64,000 nucleotides of DNA, taken from NCBI GenBank assembly GCA_050253075.1, contig JBFWJS010000004.1:160001-224000 (forward strand). The letters are read 5' to 3'. This document shows, piece after piece, positions 61,637-64,000 of this stretch. This stretch comes from Deferribacterales bacterium. GTDB lineage: Bacteria > Chrysiogenota > Deferribacteres > Deferribacterales > Geovibrionaceae. The position numbers and the translations under genes are program-made. The notes under the pieces are model-generated. The model saw only the letters and a program-made list of their open reading frames with translations. It had not been told where the DNA came from and did not search any database. Position 1 is the stretch's first letter. Every line of letters starts with the position of its first letter.

Positions 61637-62896
61637 TTGAGCAGTTTTAACTACAAAGACGAAACCCTCTTTTGCGAGGGGGTATCACTGAAACAGATAG
61701 CCGAAGAGGTGGGGACACCTTTTTATGTATATAGCGCAAAAGAACTGCGCACACAGTATAATCATTTCTATAACGCTTTTAAACACGCCGACCGCATAGT
61801 ATGCTTCGCCGTGAAAGCATGCGGAAACATAGGCGTGCTGTCTCTCCTCGGTGCCGAGGGGTGCGGTGCGGATATCGTATCGGGCGGAGAGCTCCACAGA
61901 GCGCTCAAAGCCGGGATAGACAACAGCAAGATAGTCTTCGCAGGGGTTGGCAAACAGCCCCACGAGATAAGATACGGCATAGACTCAAATATCCTGATGT
62001 TCAATGTTGAATCCCGTCAGGAGATGGATCTCATCAACGAGATAGCAGGCGAAATGGGTAAAAAGGCACGCATAGCCATACGTGTGAACCCGAACGTGGA
62101 TGCTAAGACACATCCATACATCTCCACAGGGCTGAAAAAGAATAAATTCGGCATCCCCGCTGAGATAGTCACCGAAGAATACATCTATGCATCAAAACTG
62201 CCGAACATTGAGCCCGTTGGGATACACTGCCACATAGGCTCACAGCTAACAGACATAGCTCCTTTCAGAGACGCCACAGAGATACTGGTAAACCTCGTGA
62301 AGGATCTGCGTAAAAATAAGATAAACATAAGATACCTCGACCTCGGCGGAGGGCTGGGCATAAGATATAATGCAGAAAACCCGCCGAACCACAACGAATA
62401 CGCAGCAGCTATATGCGAAGCCGTTAAGGGCGAAGACCTCACGCTGATATTCGAACCGGGGAGAAACATAGCGGGCAACTCAGGTGCGCTCATCACAAAG
62501 GTGCTCTATACCAAAGACACCGAGGAGAAGCACTTTAAGATCGTCGATGCCGCCATGAACGACCTCGCCAGACCGTCTCTTTACGACTCTTACCACGAGG
62601 TAAAAGCTGTCGAAAAAACAGACAAGACCATCAAGGGCGACATAGTCGGCCCCATATGCGAATCGAGCGACTTCCTCGCTAAAGACAGAGAGCTCCCCGA
62701 CATAGACAGAGACGGACTGTACGCTCTTATGTCTGCAGGCGCATACGGCATGACAATGTCCTCAAACTATAATTCACGCCCGAGAGCTCCCGAAATACTT
62801 GTGGACGGAGAGAATTATCATATAGTAAGAAGACGTGAGATATATAACGACCTCACGGGGCCGGAGATGGTTCCTGAGTATCTGAGGAAACAATGA
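61637..62896 (+). CDS. lysA: Diaminopimelate decarboxylase
   Basis: GTPFYVY, FAVKAC, HCHIGSQ, EPGR, GPICESSD, GAYG. Confidence 0.96.
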   Translation: MSSFNYKDETLFCEGVSLKQIAEEVGTPFYVYSAKELRTQYNHFYNAFKHADRIVCFAVKACGNIGVLSLLGAEGCGADIVSGGELHRALKAGIDNSKIVFAGVGKQPHEIRYGIDSNILMFNVESRQEMDLINEIAGEMGKKARIAIRVNPNVDAKTHPYISTGLKKNKFGIPAEIVTEEYIYASKLPNIEPVGIHCHIGSQLTDIAPFRDATEILVNLVKDLRKNKINIRYLDLGGGLGIRYNAENPPNHNEYAAAICEAVKGEDLTLIFEPGRNIAGNSGALITKVLYTKDTEEKHFKIVDAAMNDLARPSLYDSYHEVKAVEKTDKTIKGDIVGPICESSDFLAKDRELPDIDRDGLYALMSAGAYGMTMSSNYNSRPRAPEILVDGENYHIVRRREIYNDLTGPEMVPEYLRKQ

Positions 62897-63705
62897 ACAT
62901 ACCATTTTACAAAATGAGCGGTGCCGGAAACGACTTCATCTTCATAGACAACCGTGACGGCAAAGCAAACGGCATAGACAGACAGACACTAGTGACCAAA
63001 GCATGTGCGAGAAATATCTCCGCAGGTGCAGACGGCATGATGCTGATAGAGAACTCCGACAAGGCAGACTTCAAATGGCGCTTTTACAACTGCGACGGCT
63101 CCGAGGCGGAGATGTGCGGTAACGGAGCGAGGTGCGCAGGCAGATTTGCCTATCTGAACGGCATAGCGGGCAAGACCATGAGGTTCGAAACCCTCGCAGG
63201 CATCATAGAGGCAGAGGTAAAGGACGGGGTGAATGTTAAAGTTCAGCTCACCGAGCCAATCAACAAACGTGAAAATTATCAGATAAAACTCGACGGAGAA
63301 ACTCTCAGCGTCGACAGTATAAATACGGGCGTCCCCCACGCTGTCATGTTCACCGACAGCATAGAGGAGCTCGATGTTATGAAATACGGCAGCGGTATTC
63401 GTTATCACGACGAATACAAGCCTGCGGGCACCAACGCAAACTTCTGTAAGATGCTTGACGACGGGTTCCTGCGGGTTCGCACCTATGAAAGAGGGGTGGA
63501 AGGCGAAACGATGGCATGCGGAACAGGATGTGTGGCGAGTGCTATCTTTGCCGTTGGTAAGGGACTGGCTCAAAGCCCTGTGAAATGCAGGACCACAAGC
63601 GGTCTTATCCTCACCGTTTATCTTGAAAAAGGCAAAGTTTATCTTGAAGGTGAGGCGAGAGTGGTTTATAAAGGTGAACTTACTGAAGAAGCTATAAACT
63701 ATTAA
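62893..63705 (+). CDS. dapF: Diaminopimelate epimerase
   Basis: KMSGAGNDF, EMCGNGARC, ERGVEGETMACGTG. Confidence 0.96.
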   Translation: MNIPFYKMSGAGNDFIFIDNRDGKANGIDRQTLVTKACARNISAGADGMMLIENSDKADFKWRFYNCDGSEAEMCGNGARCAGRFAYLNGIAGKTMRFETLAGIIEAEVKDGVNVKVQLTEPINKRENYQIKLDGETLSVDSINTGVPHAVMFTDSIEELDVMKYGSGIRYHDEYKPAGTNANFCKMLDDGFLRVRTYERGVEGETMACGTGCVASAIFAVGKGLAQSPVKCRTTSGLILTVYLEKGKVYLEGEARVVYKGELTEEAINY

Positions 63706-63720
63706 CTTTTTTAACTAATA

Positions 63721-63784
63721 GTCATCCTGAACATTTATGTGAAGGATCTGAAACCCACAGATTTTTCACTCTGCTCAGAATGAC
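63721..63784. repeat. Palindromic GTCAT..ATGAC repeat (dapF-dapA intergenic)
   Basis: GTCATCCTGAAC...GAAGGATCTG...CAGATTTTTC...CTCAGAATGAC. Confidence 0.85.
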
Positions 63785-63820
63785 CCAATGAATATAGATA
63801 CGGAATTTGGAGGCAAATAT

Positions 63821-64000
63821 ATGTTTAACGGAAGTTACGTTGCCATAGTCACGCCATTTCTCGATGGAAAAGTAGACGAGGCGACACTCAGAAAACTGGT
63901 TGACTACCAGATCGAAAAAGGGACAGACGGCATTGTGCCATGCGGTACATCAGGCGAGTCTGCCACACTCACACACGAAGAACACTGTCAGGTCATCGAC
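63821..64000 (+). CDS. dapA: 4-hydroxy-tetrahydrodipicolinate synthase, N-terminal part (runs off window; not in ORF track)
   Basis: [13 protein letters not shown]...[23 protein letters not shown]. Confidence 0.93.
   Translation, partial: MFNGSYVAIVTPFLDGKVDEATLRKLVDYQIEKGTDGIVPCGTSGESATLTHEEHCQVID

Overview
Mostly core bacterial chromosome. Gene content and sensor-kinase style suggest an anaerobe, possibly Deferribacterales-like; this is inference only. From left to right: an AT-rich start with the 3' part of a divergent GAPDH and the 3' half of a tRNA-Phe (likely an att scar); EamA, methyltransferase and GT2 genes; a response regulator, a PAS kinase and a broken solute-binding gene; ndk-thrC-queA-tgt-yajC-secD-secF; cation/H+ antiporters, LysE/AraC, Kef and ispF; two paralogous branched-chain solute-binding proteins; tRNA-Met; a three-gene exported module (lipoprotein, CHAT protease, DUF1566-like lipoprotein); tatB-tatC-moaA-larA-like-uxs-ugd; radC and neighbours; a flagellar cluster (flgFGAHIJMNKL-fliW-csrA) with a 1288-aa FlgL; zur-znuA; a group 1 [NiFe] hydrogenase with its protease; lysA-dapF-dapA. 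The most unusual signals are small-scale. (1) A 174-bp unit iterated behind an antiporter gene leaves three copies of its last 16 codons, and the distal copy is synonymously recoded. (2) A dispersed palindromic repeat family has one copy in-frame inside queA. (3) The conserved N-terminus of tgt has no ATG/GTG/TTG start and probably begins at ATC. No CRISPR array, rRNA, integrase, transposase or reverse transcriptase was recognised. All calls are by eye, without database searches.
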